Assembly (NCBI GenBank): GCA_949001935.1
Contig: CARJLX010000001.1
Location: 67,231 to 131,230, forward strand
Reading direction: 5' to 3'
DNA from: an uncultured Eubacteriales bacterium
GTDB lineage: Bacteria > Bacillota > Clostridia > Christensenellales > UBA1242
DNA length: 64,000 bases
The notes under the pieces were generated by a model. That model saw nothing but the letters and a program-made list of their open reading frames with translations, searched no databases and had not been told where the DNA came from. This document shows, one piece after another, positions 15,669 to 25,388 of this stretch (position 1 is its first letter; each line of letters starts with the position of its first letter). Position numbers and translations under genes: made by a program.

Positions 15669-18600
15669 ATGAAAAAAGAAAATTCAATGCCAAATTTTGT
15701 TGAGATGGAACATGGTGTTCTAAAATTTTGGAATGACAACAAATGTTTCAACAAGCTTCAAGCGCAAAATGCAGGACACGAGCGTTTTAAATTTTTGGAC
15801 GGCCCAGCAACAGCAAATAATCGTTTAGGAATTCATCATTTTTGGGGAAGAACACTTAAAGATATGACTATTCGTTATAACGCCCTTAAAGGTAGGGATT
15901 GCCAATTTCAAAATGGTTTTGACGGTCAAGGTCTTTGGGTGGAAGTTAATGTTGAAAAAGAATTAGGGCTTAACGGCAAGCCAGAAATTCAACAATATGG
16001 AATTGATAAATTTACCAACAAGTGTATGGAGCGTGTTGCATATTTTGGCAATGAAATAACAAATCAATCTAAGCGTATGGGGCAATGGATGGATTGGGAT
16101 CATAGTTATTACACCAACACTGATGAAAATATAACTTCTATTTGGCATTTTCTTAAAAAATGTGATGAAAAAGGTTGGATTGTTAAGAAAAATAGACCTA
16201 TGGCTTGGTGTCCTCGTTGCGGAACAAGTTTAAGTGAACATGAGATGTCATCTTCTTATCATGAAGTTGAACATACAGCTATTTATGCTAAATTCCCTGT
16301 TAAAGGTAAGGATTTTTATATTATTGCATGGACAACTACTCCTTGGACATTGTCAGCTAATGTAGCCCTTGCTGTTAATCCAGAGTTTGATTATGTTAAA
16401 GTGGAATTTAATGGTGAAAAGATTGTTTTAGGTAAAGATAGATTAAAACTTTTAAAACAAGAGGTAAAAATTCTTGAGACTTTTAAAGGTTCACAGCTTG
16501 TTGGGCTTGAATATGAAACTTGTTTTCCTGAACTAACAGAACAAAATTTTGTGCACCATGTTGTTGCATGGGATGAAGTATCAAATGAAGATGGTTCTTG
16601 TGTCGTTCACATTGCACCAGGTTGTGGAGCTGAAGATTTTGAGCTTGGAGTATCATTAGGACTTCCTGAAATTTGTCCAATTAACGAACAAGGCGTAATG
16701 CTTCCTTCAACTGGTTTCTTGGCTGGTAAAAAGACTACTGAAGTTATAGATATGGTTGTTGACAGACTTAAACAAGACAACAAATTGTTATATGCACATA
16801 AACACAAGCATTCATATCCTTTCTGTTGGAGATGTAAAACTGACCTCGTTTACAAACTTATAAATGCATGGTTTATCAAGGTTGACGAAATTCGCCCAAT
16901 GGCACTCAAAGCTATTGAAGAAGTTGAGTTTAAGCCTGAATATGCTAAAAAGCGTATGGTTGATTGGCTTACAAACATGGGTGACTGGAACATTTCGAGA
17001 AGTCGTTTTTATGGGCTTCCACTTCCTTTCTATGTTTGTGAAAAGTGTGGAAAAGTTCATGTTATTGGATCACTAGAAGAACTTAAAGCTAAGGCAGTTG
17101 ACCCTAGTCTTGTAGATAATTTACCAAATATTCACAGGCCTTGGATTGATGAAATCAAAATTAAATGTGAGTGTGGTGAAGAGCTTTCTCGAATTCCAGA
17201 GGTTGGAGATGTTTGGCTTGATGCTGGTATCACACCTTTCTCAACTAAGAAATATTTTACTGATAAAAAGTTCTTTGAAGAAAATTTCCCAAGCGATTAT
17301 GTTTGCGAAATGATTGAACAAATTAAGCTTTGGTTCTACTCACTTTTAATGATGAGTGTTGTTCTGACAGGTAAAGCTCCCTACAAAAAGGTTGTGACTT
17401 ATCAATATGTTCGTGACGAAAATGGAGGAGAGTTCCACAAGAGTGGTGGAAATTCTTTGGAAGCTGACCATGTGGCAGACAAGGTGGGGGCAGATGTTGT
17501 GCGTTATCTTTATTGTTCTTCAAGTCCTGTAAACGATATGCGTTTCGGTTTCAATTTAACAGACGAGGCAAGGCGTAAACTTTTAGGTTTTTGGAATATT
17601 TACACTTTCTTTAACACATATGCTTGTATTGACAATCCAGACATTGCTGATTTTTACCCAAAAGAGAAAGATCTTTCTTATGCTGACAAGTGGCTTATTG
17701 AAAGCGTGAATAAGTTTATCATTGAAAGTGATGAAAACTTTGCCAATGATAGAAACAACTTTGTTGTTCGGGATTTTGAAAAGCTCGTTGATGATATTTC
17801 AAATTACTACATTCGTGCAAACCGTAAGCGTTTCTGGAAGAGTGAAAATAAAAATGATCAATTAACAGCTTATTGGTGCTTGTATTATGCTATCAAATCA
17901 ATTATTCAAGTTATGACACCAATAATACCATTTATGACAGAATATATCTGGCAAAATATGGTTAGAGCGGTTGAAGAAAATGAAAAAGAATGCATTATGC
18001 TTGCAGGTTTCCCAGAAAAGCTTTACGACAAAGCTTTTGATGGCGTACTTGAAACAACACAAATTGCAAGAGATATTATGTCTACTGCTCAACGCCTTAG
18101 AAATGAAAATCAAATTAAGGTTAAGCAACCTTTAAGAAAAATGTTTGTTGCAGGTAGTGAAAATGTAGATAAGGTTATCGAAAATCTTGGAGAAATTATT
18201 AAGGACGAACTTAATATCAAAGAGATTGAGCGCGTAACTGACGACTCTATGTTCAATGACGAATATTTATCTGTCAACTTTAAAAAGGCTGGTGCAGTAC
18301 TTAAAGGTGATGTCCAAAAACTGAAGAATGCTTTGGCAGAACTTTCAGATGAACAAATTAAATTTGTTATGAATGGTTATCATTCAGGCAAGGTGAGCGT
18401 AGGTGAATTTAAAGATTTAGACAGTGAACTTTTCAATCTTGAAAAGAGACCAAAAACAGACTTTGTTATCGCTCACGAAAATGGAAACACTGTTGTGCTT
18501 GATATTAATCTAGATAGAGCTTTAATTTTGGAAGGCTATTATAGAGAGTTTGTGAGAGGACTTCAAGTTCTTCGAAAAGAGGCTGACCTTTCTATTGATG

Positions 18601-18788
18601 AACGAATTTATGTTTACTTTGAAACTGGTGACGATGACTTGGCTGAAATGTTATTTGAGTTTATGGATAAAATTAAGCAAGAAGTTTTGATTATTCGAGC
18701 AGTAGAAAAAATTGTTAAACCTATTATTGAAAAAAATATTGAGGTAGGTGACAGTTTTATTATTGCTAAGTTTGAAAAAGCTGAATAA
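15669..18788 (+). CDS. ileS: Isoleucine--tRNA ligase (type 2, long form)
   Basis: About 1039 aa. The N-terminal class-I pattern F.FLDGPATANN.LGIHH...KD...RY matches the actinobacterial/clostridial type-2 IleRS pattern. It has the zinc motif WCPRCGT and a preceding Ile T-box. Start set at ATG 15669, behind AAGGAGAAGG; the ORF track uses TTG 15651. Confidence 0.9.
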   Translation: MKKENSMPNFVEMEHGVLKFWNDNKCFNKLQAQNAGHERFKFLDGPATANNRLGIHHFWGRTLKDMTIRYNALKGRDCQFQNGFDGQGLWVEVNVEKELGLNGKPEIQQYGIDKFTNKCMERVAYFGNEITNQSKRMGQWMDWDHSYYTNTDENITSIWHFLKKCDEKGWIVKKNRPMAWCPRCGTSLSEHEMSSSYHEVEHTAIYAKFPVKGKDFYIIAWTTTPWTLSANVALAVNPEFDYVKVEFNGEKIVLGKDRLKLLKQEVKILETFKGSQLVGLEYETCFPELTEQNFVHHVVAWDEVSNEDGSCVVHIAPGCGAEDFELGVSLGLPEICPINEQGVMLPSTGFLAGKKTTEVIDMVVDRLKQDNKLLYAHKHKHSYPFCWRCKTDLVYKLINAWFIKVDEIRPMALKAIEEVEFKPEYAKKRMVDWLTNMGDWNISRSRFYGLPLPFYVCEKCGKVHVIGSLEELKAKAVDPSLVDNLPNIHRPWIDEIKIKCECGEELSRIPEVGDVWLDAGITPFSTKKYFTDKKFFEENFPSDYVCEMIEQIKLWFYSLLMMSVVLTGKAPYKKVVTYQYVRDENGGEFHKSGGNSLEADHVADKVGADVVRYLYCSSSPVNDMRFGFNLTDEARRKLLGFWNIYTFFNTYACIDNPDIADFYPKEKDLSYADKWLIESVNKFIIESDENFANDRNNFVVRDFEKLVDDISNYYIRANRKRFWKSENKNDQLTAYWCLYYAIKSIIQVMTPIIPFMTEYIWQNMVRAVEENEKECIMLAGFPEKLYDKAFDGVLETTQIARDIMSTAQRLRNENQIKVKQPLRKMFVAGSENVDKVIENLGEIIKDELNIKEIERVTDDSMFNDEYLSVNFKKAGAVLKGDVQKLKNALAELSDEQIKFVMNGYHSGKVSVGEFKDLDSELFNLEKRPKTDFVIAHENGNTVVLDINLDRALILEGYYREFVRGLQVLRKEADLSIDERIYVYFETGDDDLAEMLFEFMDKIKQEVLIIRAVEKIVKPIIEKNIEVGDSFIIAKFEKAE

Positions 18789-18800
18789 AAATAAAAAAAA

Positions 18801-18826
18801 TTCACGAGAAAGTCGTGGATTTTTTA
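18801..18826 (+). terminator. Intrinsic terminator after ileS
   Basis: Hairpin CACGA-gaaag-TCGTG followed by GATTTTTT. Confidence 0.7.
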
Positions 18827-18940
18827 GTTTTCTTAGAAAAAAAATGGCAGTAAATATTGCATTTAGGGATTTATCAATCTAAAATCTCCTTAAAACATTT
18901 CAAATGTTTTGAAGATTTTAAGGAGGTATGATAAAATAAA

Positions 18941-19543
18941 ATGGAAACCAAGTACTTAAAAGGAGAGATAGAAAAGTTTGATTACAGCAAAATTATTTTG
19001 ACCTATCAACAATATTCACATGCAGATTTATGTAAAACAGGGCCGTGTGAGAATGGTGGGGAAAGTAATAGAATGTGTTGCAAGCCATTTATTCATCGTA
19101 TTCATGAACCAAAAAATATGCATACATTGCCAAAACATCCACATTGTGATTGTTTTTACAAAATTGTCAAAACAAAGTCGTTTGGAAGTATTTCTAAAAA
19201 AGGAACAGAGGCACCAGATGTATGGCTTAAACTCTTTCGCAAATTGCCTGACTATTATATAACAGAGCAAGAAGCAATAGAAGTTTATGGTTGGAACAAA
19301 AATAAAAACACAATTTCGGGCAAAGCACCCGGTAAAATGATAGGTGGAGATGTTTATAAAAATAACAAGCATATTTTGCCAGAAAAAGACGGAAGAGTTT
19401 GGTATCATTGTGATGTTGATTATGAATACGGTGCAAGAAATAGTCTAAGATTATATTATTCAAATGATGGATTGATGTTTTATTCACCAACACACCTTGA
19501 TGGGGATGTAATAGTTTATCAAATAAAAGGAAGTGAAAAATAA
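18941..19543 (+). CDS. Barnase-family ribonuclease toxin with short N-terminal MuF-like (HPxCxC) remnant
   Basis: The C-terminal 100 aa align by eye with barnase: KLPDYYITEQEAIEVYGW / APGKMIGGDVY / GRVWYHCDVDY / GARNSLRLYYS / THLDG. The N-terminus carries LPKHPHCDCFY. Confidence 0.85.
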   Translation: METKYLKGEIEKFDYSKIILTYQQYSHADLCKTGPCENGGESNRMCCKPFIHRIHEPKNMHTLPKHPHCDCFYKIVKTKSFGSISKKGTEAPDVWLKLFRKLPDYYITEQEAIEVYGWNKNKNTISGKAPGKMIGGDVYKNNKHILPEKDGRVWYHCDVDYEYGARNSLRLYYSNDGLMFYSPTHLDGDVIVYQIKGSEK

Positions 19544-19544
19544 A

Positions 19545-19871
19545 ATGAAAGAATTAATTTTTAATAGAAAGGATTACAAAAATTATCAAGAAATGTATAG
19601 TGATATGGCGATAAAATTTGGAGATGTTGGAACACAAGATTATTATGATACTTCATGTTTTGATTTTAATCCAGATATTTTATGGGAATTTTTGTTATGT
19701 TCATATGCGTTTACAAAAATTGATATAAAAATTGTTTTAGTTGGGTTTGCCCGAGAAAAGATTAAAGAAGAAAAAAATTATAACGATTATGAGTATAATA
19801 TGATTTTAAATGTTTTTGAAGATTTTGTTAAAGAATATCCAAATAATAAATTAGAATTTAGGGATGAATAA
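19545..19871 (+). CDS. Barstar-like immunity protein
   Basis: 108 aa, starting immediately after the toxin stop. FNPDILWEFLLC resembles the barstar inhibitory helix (ENLDALWDCLTG). Confidence 0.7.
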   Translation: MKELIFNRKDYKNYQEMYSDMAIKFGDVGTQDYYDTSCFDFNPDILWEFLLCSYAFTKIDIKIVLVGFAREKIKEEKNYNDYEYNMILNVFEDFVKEYPNNKLEFRDE

Positions 19872-19895
19872 AAAGTGGCATTTGCCACTTTTTTG
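19869..19895 (+). terminator. Intrinsic terminator (GTGGCA-ttt-GCCAC type)
   Basis: TAA-AAAGTGGCATTTGCCAC followed by T6. It is nearly identical to the terminator at 14288. Confidence 0.8.
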
Positions 19896-19965
19896 TTTTA
19901 TTATAGATTTCTATTGCTTTTTTGTTAAATTTTTGTTAAAATATTATTAAAGGAAATAAATTTAG

Positions 19966-20826
19966 ATGAAATTAGCAGAAAATTGGGTTGATTACAAGGT
20001 TTTAGCTACTGGTGATGGTGAAAAGTTGGAAAGGTGGGGGAATATTACCTTGCTTCGTCCTGATCCTCAAGTTATTTGGCATGCAAAAAGTGATTTGACA
20101 AAGACAAAAGGACTTGACGCACATTACAAACGCGAAAGCACGGGTGGCGGACATTGGCAATATCTTAAAAAGATACCAGATGAATGGGTTATCTCATGGC
20201 AGGGAATAAAATTTTCTATCAAACCTATGGGTTTTAAGCATACTGGATTATTTCCAGAGCAAGCAGTTAATTGGCAAGATATGTCAAAACTTATTAAAGA
20301 TGCTAAACGCGAAATCAAAGTTTTAAATTTGTTTGCTTATACTGGCGGGGCGAGCGTTGTATGTGCTAAGGCTGGAGCAAAGGTGACTCATGTTGACGCA
20401 AGCAAAGGTATGGTTGAGCGAGCTAAAGAAAATGCTAAACTCAATCAAATTGACAACATTCGATTTATCATTGACGATTGCAAAAAGTTTATTGAGCGTG
20501 AGATAAGGCGTGGAAACAAGTATGACGCAATAATTATGGATCCACCAAGTTATGGACGAGGAACAAGTGGGGAAACTTGGAAACTTGAGGATAATCTTTT
20601 TGATTTTGTATCGGTTTGCAAAGGTGTTTTGTCTGACAAGCCATTGTTTGTGCTTATCAGTTCTTACACAACAGGACTGCAACCGGGGGTTTTGACAAAT
20701 GTGTTAGGGCTTAACTTTGGTTATTCAAATATAGACGCAGACGAAATCGGCTTGCCAAGCGAAGACGGCACAATCTTGCCTTGTGGAGCAAGAGGATTGA
20801 AGGTGTTTAGGGGGGAGAATGAATAG
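19966..20826 (+). CDS. Class I SAM-dependent methyltransferase (RlmI/RlmK-like catalytic domain, no PUA)
   Basis: SAM-binding motif VLNLFAYTGGASV, followed by DAIIMDPPSYGRG (DPPxY/F motif). Confidence 0.7.
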   Translation: MKLAENWVDYKVLATGDGEKLERWGNITLLRPDPQVIWHAKSDLTKTKGLDAHYKRESTGGGHWQYLKKIPDEWVISWQGIKFSIKPMGFKHTGLFPEQAVNWQDMSKLIKDAKREIKVLNLFAYTGGASVVCAKAGAKVTHVDASKGMVERAKENAKLNQIDNIRFIIDDCKKFIEREIRRGNKYDAIIMDPPSYGRGTSGETWKLEDNLFDFVSVCKGVLSDKPLFVLISSYTTGLQPGVLTNVLGLNFGYSNIDADEIGLPSEDGTILPCGARGLKVFRGENE

Positions 20827-21952
20827 GTTTGTATATTTAGATAACAATGCGACAACCAAAATTTCAGCCGCTATTAAAGAAAAATTGCAACCATATTTGG
20901 ATTTGCAATATGGGAATCCAAGTTCACTTTATGGGCATGGAATAAAAATTAAGAAAGAAATATTAAAAGCACGTCAAAATTGTGCAGATCTTTTAAATTG
21001 CAAGCCAAATAATTTAATTTTTACAAGTGGTGGAAGTGAAAGTAATTGTTCTGCATTTAATTCGGCAGTTAATCAATTCCCAAACAAAAAGAAAATAATA
21101 ACAACAAAAGTTGAGCATAGTTCAATATTAGAATATTGCAAAATTCTTGAAAAGAAAGGTTATGAAATTGTTTATTTGGATGTAGATGAAAATTGCAATA
21201 TAAATTTAAAACAACTTGAACAAGAAGTAGATAAAAAAACTTGCCTTGTTTCAATTCAGTTTGCAAACAATGAAGTGGGAACGATTTTACTCACAAAAGA
21301 GTTTATATCAAAGATTAAAAGTCTTAAAAATGAATTTAATTTTCTGTTTCATGTTGACGCTGTTCAAGGACTTGGTAAATTTAAAATTGATATTGATGAT
21401 TTGAACGCAGATTTCATTTCTTGTTCAGGGCATAAAATACATTGTCCAAAAGGAATTGGGTTGCTTTACATTAAGGACACTAAAAACTTTATTCCTTTAA
21501 TTGCAGGACATCAAGAATTTGGGCTTCGTGGTGGAACTGAAAATGTTTTGGGTATTATTGCTTTGGGAGAATCTTGCAATTATATAAACAACAATTTTAA
21601 AGAAATTCAAGAGAAAATTATTGAAACTCACAAATATTTGGAAGAGCAACTTTCAACGATTAGAGGGTTAAAGATTAATTGTAAAGATGTAGAGAGGATT
21701 CCAAACACAACGAGTATAACATTTGATGAGATTTTTGGGAATCAACTAATGTTTAAATTCGACCAAGTAGGAATATGTGTTTCAACTGGTTCAGCTTGTA
21801 ACAGTGAAAGCAGTGAGCCAAGTTATGTTTTGACAAGTATGGGTTTGAAAAATCCACAGAATACAATTCGAGTTAGCATTGATGAAAATACAACCAAAAG
21901 TCAAATAGATTATTTCATAGAAAATCTAAAAAATATTTTAAAAGGAGAATAG
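20819..21952 (+). CDS. Cysteine desulfurase, second copy (NifS-like)
   Basis: 377 aa with PLP-Lys context SGHKIHCPKG and Cys loop TGSACNS. It overlaps the methyltransferase gene by 8 nt. Confidence 0.85.
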   Translation: MNRFVYLDNNATTKISAAIKEKLQPYLDLQYGNPSSLYGHGIKIKKEILKARQNCADLLNCKPNNLIFTSGGSESNCSAFNSAVNQFPNKKKIITTKVEHSSILEYCKILEKKGYEIVYLDVDENCNINLKQLEQEVDKKTCLVSIQFANNEVGTILLTKEFISKIKSLKNEFNFLFHVDAVQGLGKFKIDIDDLNADFISCSGHKIHCPKGIGLLYIKDTKNFIPLIAGHQEFGLRGGTENVLGIIALGESCNYINNNFKEIQEKIIETHKYLEEQLSTIRGLKINCKDVERIPNTTSITFDEIFGNQLMFKFDQVGICVSTGSACNSESSEPSYVLTSMGLKNPQNTIRVSIDENTTKSQIDYFIENLKNILKGE

Positions 21953-21954
21953 TT

Positions 21955-22545
21955 ATGCCAGCTATTATTAATCATAAAATTTGTGACCAAGCAAATGCCT
22001 GTGGAGGAATTAGTGTATGTCCAGTTGGAGCATTCACTTACAATGAAAAAACAAAAAGAATTGAAATCGACAATGACAAATGCATCTCTTGTGGAGCATG
22101 TGCAAAAACTTGTCCTATTGGTGCAATTGGAGTTGCAAAAACTTGGGAAGAGTTTGAAGAACTCAAACAATCTATTAACGAAGATCCAAGAAGTGCAGAT
22201 GATTTGTTCGTTGACAGATTTGGTGGTGATATTATCAATGAAAATGTTTTGATTGATTTTGAAAATCTTGATAAAATGATTAAAGAAAATGATAAAGTTA
22301 TTATTGAACTTTTTAATGACGATAGCATCATGTGTTTGTTAAAATCAATACCATATCAAGATATTTTAGAAAATTCGAATTATACAAAATATTATAGATG
22401 TAATGTTGGAGAAAATGATTTTTCAAAATATGGAATTACAGAACTTCCAAGTTTATTGTTGTGCAATAATGGCATGGTTAAAAAAGTTATTAATGGATAT
22501 TTTGAAGAAAAAGATAAAGAAAAATTATTTGCATTATTAAAATAA
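21955..22545 (+). CDS. 4Fe-4S ferredoxin domain fused to a thioredoxin-like domain lacking CxxC
   Basis: CISCGACAKTCPIGAI plus an upstream C..C....CP cluster. The C-terminal 110 aa look thioredoxin-fold (ITELPSLLLCNNG) but have no CxxC. Confidence 0.6.
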   Translation: MPAIINHKICDQANACGGISVCPVGAFTYNEKTKRIEIDNDKCISCGACAKTCPIGAIGVAKTWEEFEELKQSINEDPRSADDLFVDRFGGDIINENVLIDFENLDKMIKENDKVIIELFNDDSIMCLLKSIPYQDILENSNYTKYYRCNVGENDFSKYGITELPSLLLCNNGMVKKVINGYFEEKDKEKLFALLK

Positions 22546-22561
22546 AGTTTAAGGATAAATT

Positions 22562-23263
22562 ATGGAAGAGAAATTAAACGTTTTATATGAAGATAATCAT
22601 ATTGTGGTGGTGATTAAGCCTCAAAATATGCCTTCGCAGGAGGATGAAAGCGGGGACATGGATTTATTGACGCTTGTTAAAAGTTATATAAAGGAAAAGT
22701 ATAACAAGCCAGGCGAGGTTTTTATTGGGCTTGTTCATAGATTGGATAGACCTACTGGTGGGATTATGGTCTTTGCACGTAATTCTAAATCGGCAGGGCG
22801 TTTAAGCGAGCAAATTCGTGATCACAAAATGCAGAAAACTTATTATGCTATTTGCAAAGGTTGTCCAAAAGATAAAAGTGGTATACTTGTGAACTATCTC
22901 AAAAAGGATGAAAAAGAAAACATTGTTAAAATCGTCACCATGGGTTCTGTTGACGCTAAAAAAGCCGAACTAGAATATAAAGTTTTGCAAACTATTGGAG
23001 ATGAATCTCTTTTAGAGATAAAAATTATTACAGGGAGAAGTCATCAAATTCGTGTGCAACTTGCTGGAATCAATTGCCCGCTTGTAGGTGATAACAAATA
23101 TGGCAAAGACAAAACTCGTGCCAGCAGAAACTTAGGGCTATGGGCTGGGAAACTTGAATTTACTCATCCTGTATCAAAAGAAAAATTGACCTTTATGGCA
23201 ATGCCAGACACAAGCAAGTCGCCTTGGAAAGATTTTTATCTTGATAAATATTTTATACGCTAA
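22562..23263 (+). CDS. RluA-family pseudouridine synthase (no S4 domain)
   Basis: 233 aa with catalytic motif HRLDRPTGG and GRSHQIRVQ. Confidence 0.85.
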   Translation: MEEKLNVLYEDNHIVVVIKPQNMPSQEDESGDMDLLTLVKSYIKEKYNKPGEVFIGLVHRLDRPTGGIMVFARNSKSAGRLSEQIRDHKMQKTYYAICKGCPKDKSGILVNYLKKDEKENIVKIVTMGSVDAKKAELEYKVLQTIGDESLLEIKIITGRSHQIRVQLAGINCPLVGDNKYGKDKTRASRNLGLWAGKLEFTHPVSKEKLTFMAMPDTSKSPWKDFYLDKYFIR

Positions 23264-23275
23264 TTTTATATCTTT

Positions 23276-23300
23276 CTTTTCTTTTAAAGAAAAAACAAAA
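23276..23300 (+). repeat. Dispersed hairpin repeat, copy R2
   Basis: CTTTTCTTTTAAAGAAAAAACAAAA, located 13 nt after the stop codon at 23263. Confidence 0.55.
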
Positions 23301-23422
23301 TAACACCAAATGTTGCACGATTATTTTATAAAAGCCTTTATTCGCTCTTTTAAATTTTGATTAAAGGCTTTTTTATTTGTTTATTTTAGTTGAGAATAGT
23401 ATAATATCTTAAAGGAGAAGTT

Positions 23423-25198
23423 ATGAAAACAAGAAATCAAATTGAAGAGCAATATAAGTGGGATTTGAGTGTATTTGGTGTGACCGATGAAAACTTTTTT
23501 GAGAAGTGTGAGAAAGCAAAAAAATTTATGGAGAAGATTTATGCTTTAGAAGGAAAGTTGAATAGTGATGAGGATTTGATCAAACTTTTTAAACTTGAAA
23601 ATCAACTTGAAGAAATTTTAGAGCCTATTTGTATTTATGTTCATTTTAAACAATGCGAAGATTTAAGTTTATCTAAATACGATGAAATGGAAGATTATTT
23701 AGACAAAATGACGGTTGAATACGATCAAAAAACGCTTTTTATTAACAAAAAACTTAAAAAATTGTCTTTAGGCAGAATTAACGAACTTTTGAATGATAAA
23801 AGATTTAAGGCTTGGACTTTAAGACTTGAAGATTTAAAAGAGGAGAAAAAGCATCAACTTCCTGATGCTGTTGACAAGTTTTTGGCTGGGGCAGACTTTT
23901 TTCATTCAAATTCAGGAATTATGCGTAAACTCAGCGATGTCGACATGACTTTTAATGATGTTGAAGATAGCAATGGCAAAAAACATGAGTTTAATGAGTC
24001 TATTCTCACTAGTTTTCTTGAAAGCGATGACAGGGTGTTGAGAAAAAATGCTTTAACTACTTTACATGGAACTTATGGAAAGTTTATCAATACTTTTTCG
24101 GCAAATTATATCGCTTCAGTTAAAGAGAGATGTTTTTTTGCAAAGGCTTATAAATACAAATCGGCTATTTCGCGTTCTATGCAAAATGAAAAAGTTGACG
24201 AGGGTGTTTATAAAAATTTAGTTAAAAATGTAAGGGAGGCATTACCAATTTTATTTGATTATTTTGAGTTTAAGAGAGAAAAATTGGGATTAAAGGAATT
24301 TTGGAATTACGACACTTATGCTTCAATAAATTACAAAAACAAGAAAAAATACACCTATGATGAGGCAATAGAACTTATTAAAAAAGCAGTTGCACCTCTT
24401 GGTGAAGAGTATGTTTCATTAGTTCAGCGTGCTAAGGATGAGCGTTGGATAGATGTTTATCCAAATAAGAATAAGCGTACTGGTGCTTTTGAATCTGCTA
24501 TTTACGGATATCATCCATTTGTGTTAACGAATTTTGATAATGGACTTGAAAATGTGTTCACTCTTGCACATGAACTAGGTCATGCAATGCACAGTTATTT
24601 TTCTGATAAAACTCAAGACAGAGAAAAGAGCCAATATACAATCTTTGTTGCTGAGGTTGCAAGTACAACTAACGAAATGTTATTATTGAATTATTTACTT
24701 TCGCAGACAAAATCCAAAGCAGAAAAAGAAGAACTTTACAACAAACTTTTTGATAGTGTTAAGGCTACTATTTTCCGTCAAACTATGTTTGCTGAATTTG
24801 AAGAAAAGGTTCATGCTATTCATGAAGAGGGAAAGGCTTTATCTAAAGATAAACTTTGCGATATTTATTATAATTTGAATAAAGATTATTTTGGCAATAA
24901 GGTTAAACTTTTGGGCGAAGTGAAATATGAATGGGCAAGAATTCCACACTTTTTTACTGCTTTTTATGTTTATAAATACGCTATTGGTCTTATCTGTGCT
25001 TTAAATTTTGCTGATAGACTAACAAAAGGCGAAAAAGGTGCAAGGGAGAAATATATTAACAATTTCCTATGTGCGGGATGTAGTAAAAAGCCTGTTGAGA
25101 TTTTAAAAGAAGCAGGGTGTGACCTTGAAGATGAAAAGACCTATCTTAACACATTTAAGTTTTTGAAAGATAAGTTGGATGAATGGAAAAAATTATAG
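23423..25198 (+). CDS. pepF: Oligoendopeptidase F (M3B)
   Basis: 591 aa with the zinc motif HELGHAMH and a typical PepF length and N-terminus. Confidence 0.9.
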   Translation: MKTRNQIEEQYKWDLSVFGVTDENFFEKCEKAKKFMEKIYALEGKLNSDEDLIKLFKLENQLEEILEPICIYVHFKQCEDLSLSKYDEMEDYLDKMTVEYDQKTLFINKKLKKLSLGRINELLNDKRFKAWTLRLEDLKEEKKHQLPDAVDKFLAGADFFHSNSGIMRKLSDVDMTFNDVEDSNGKKHEFNESILTSFLESDDRVLRKNALTTLHGTYGKFINTFSANYIASVKERCFFAKAYKYKSAISRSMQNEKVDEGVYKNLVKNVREALPILFDYFEFKREKLGLKEFWNYDTYASINYKNKKKYTYDEAIELIKKAVAPLGEEYVSLVQRAKDERWIDVYPNKNKRTGAFESAIYGYHPFVLTNFDNGLENVFTLAHELGHAMHSYFSDKTQDREKSQYTIFVAEVASTTNEMLLLNYLLSQTKSKAEKEELYNKLFDSVKATIFRQTMFAEFEEKVHAIHEEGKALSKDKLCDIYYNLNKDYFGNKVKLLGEVKYEWARIPHFFTAFYVYKYAIGLICALNFADRLTKGEKGAREKYINNFLCAGCSKKPVEILKEAGCDLEDEKTYLNTFKFLKDKLDEWKKL

Positions 25199-25388
25199 TT
25201 ACTTTTCTATGCTAGAAAAGGCATCCAGTTTTTGCACGACTAGGGAGAACAAATCTTGTGTAATTTTAAAAGTGCCTAAGGCACAAAGATTCTGGGAGTT
25301 GCAATTCTCCCCGAACCACTACAAACGCTAAAAAGTGGATTTTGTGTTAAGCAAAAAAACTTTTAAATTAAAATAATTAAGGTGTGAT

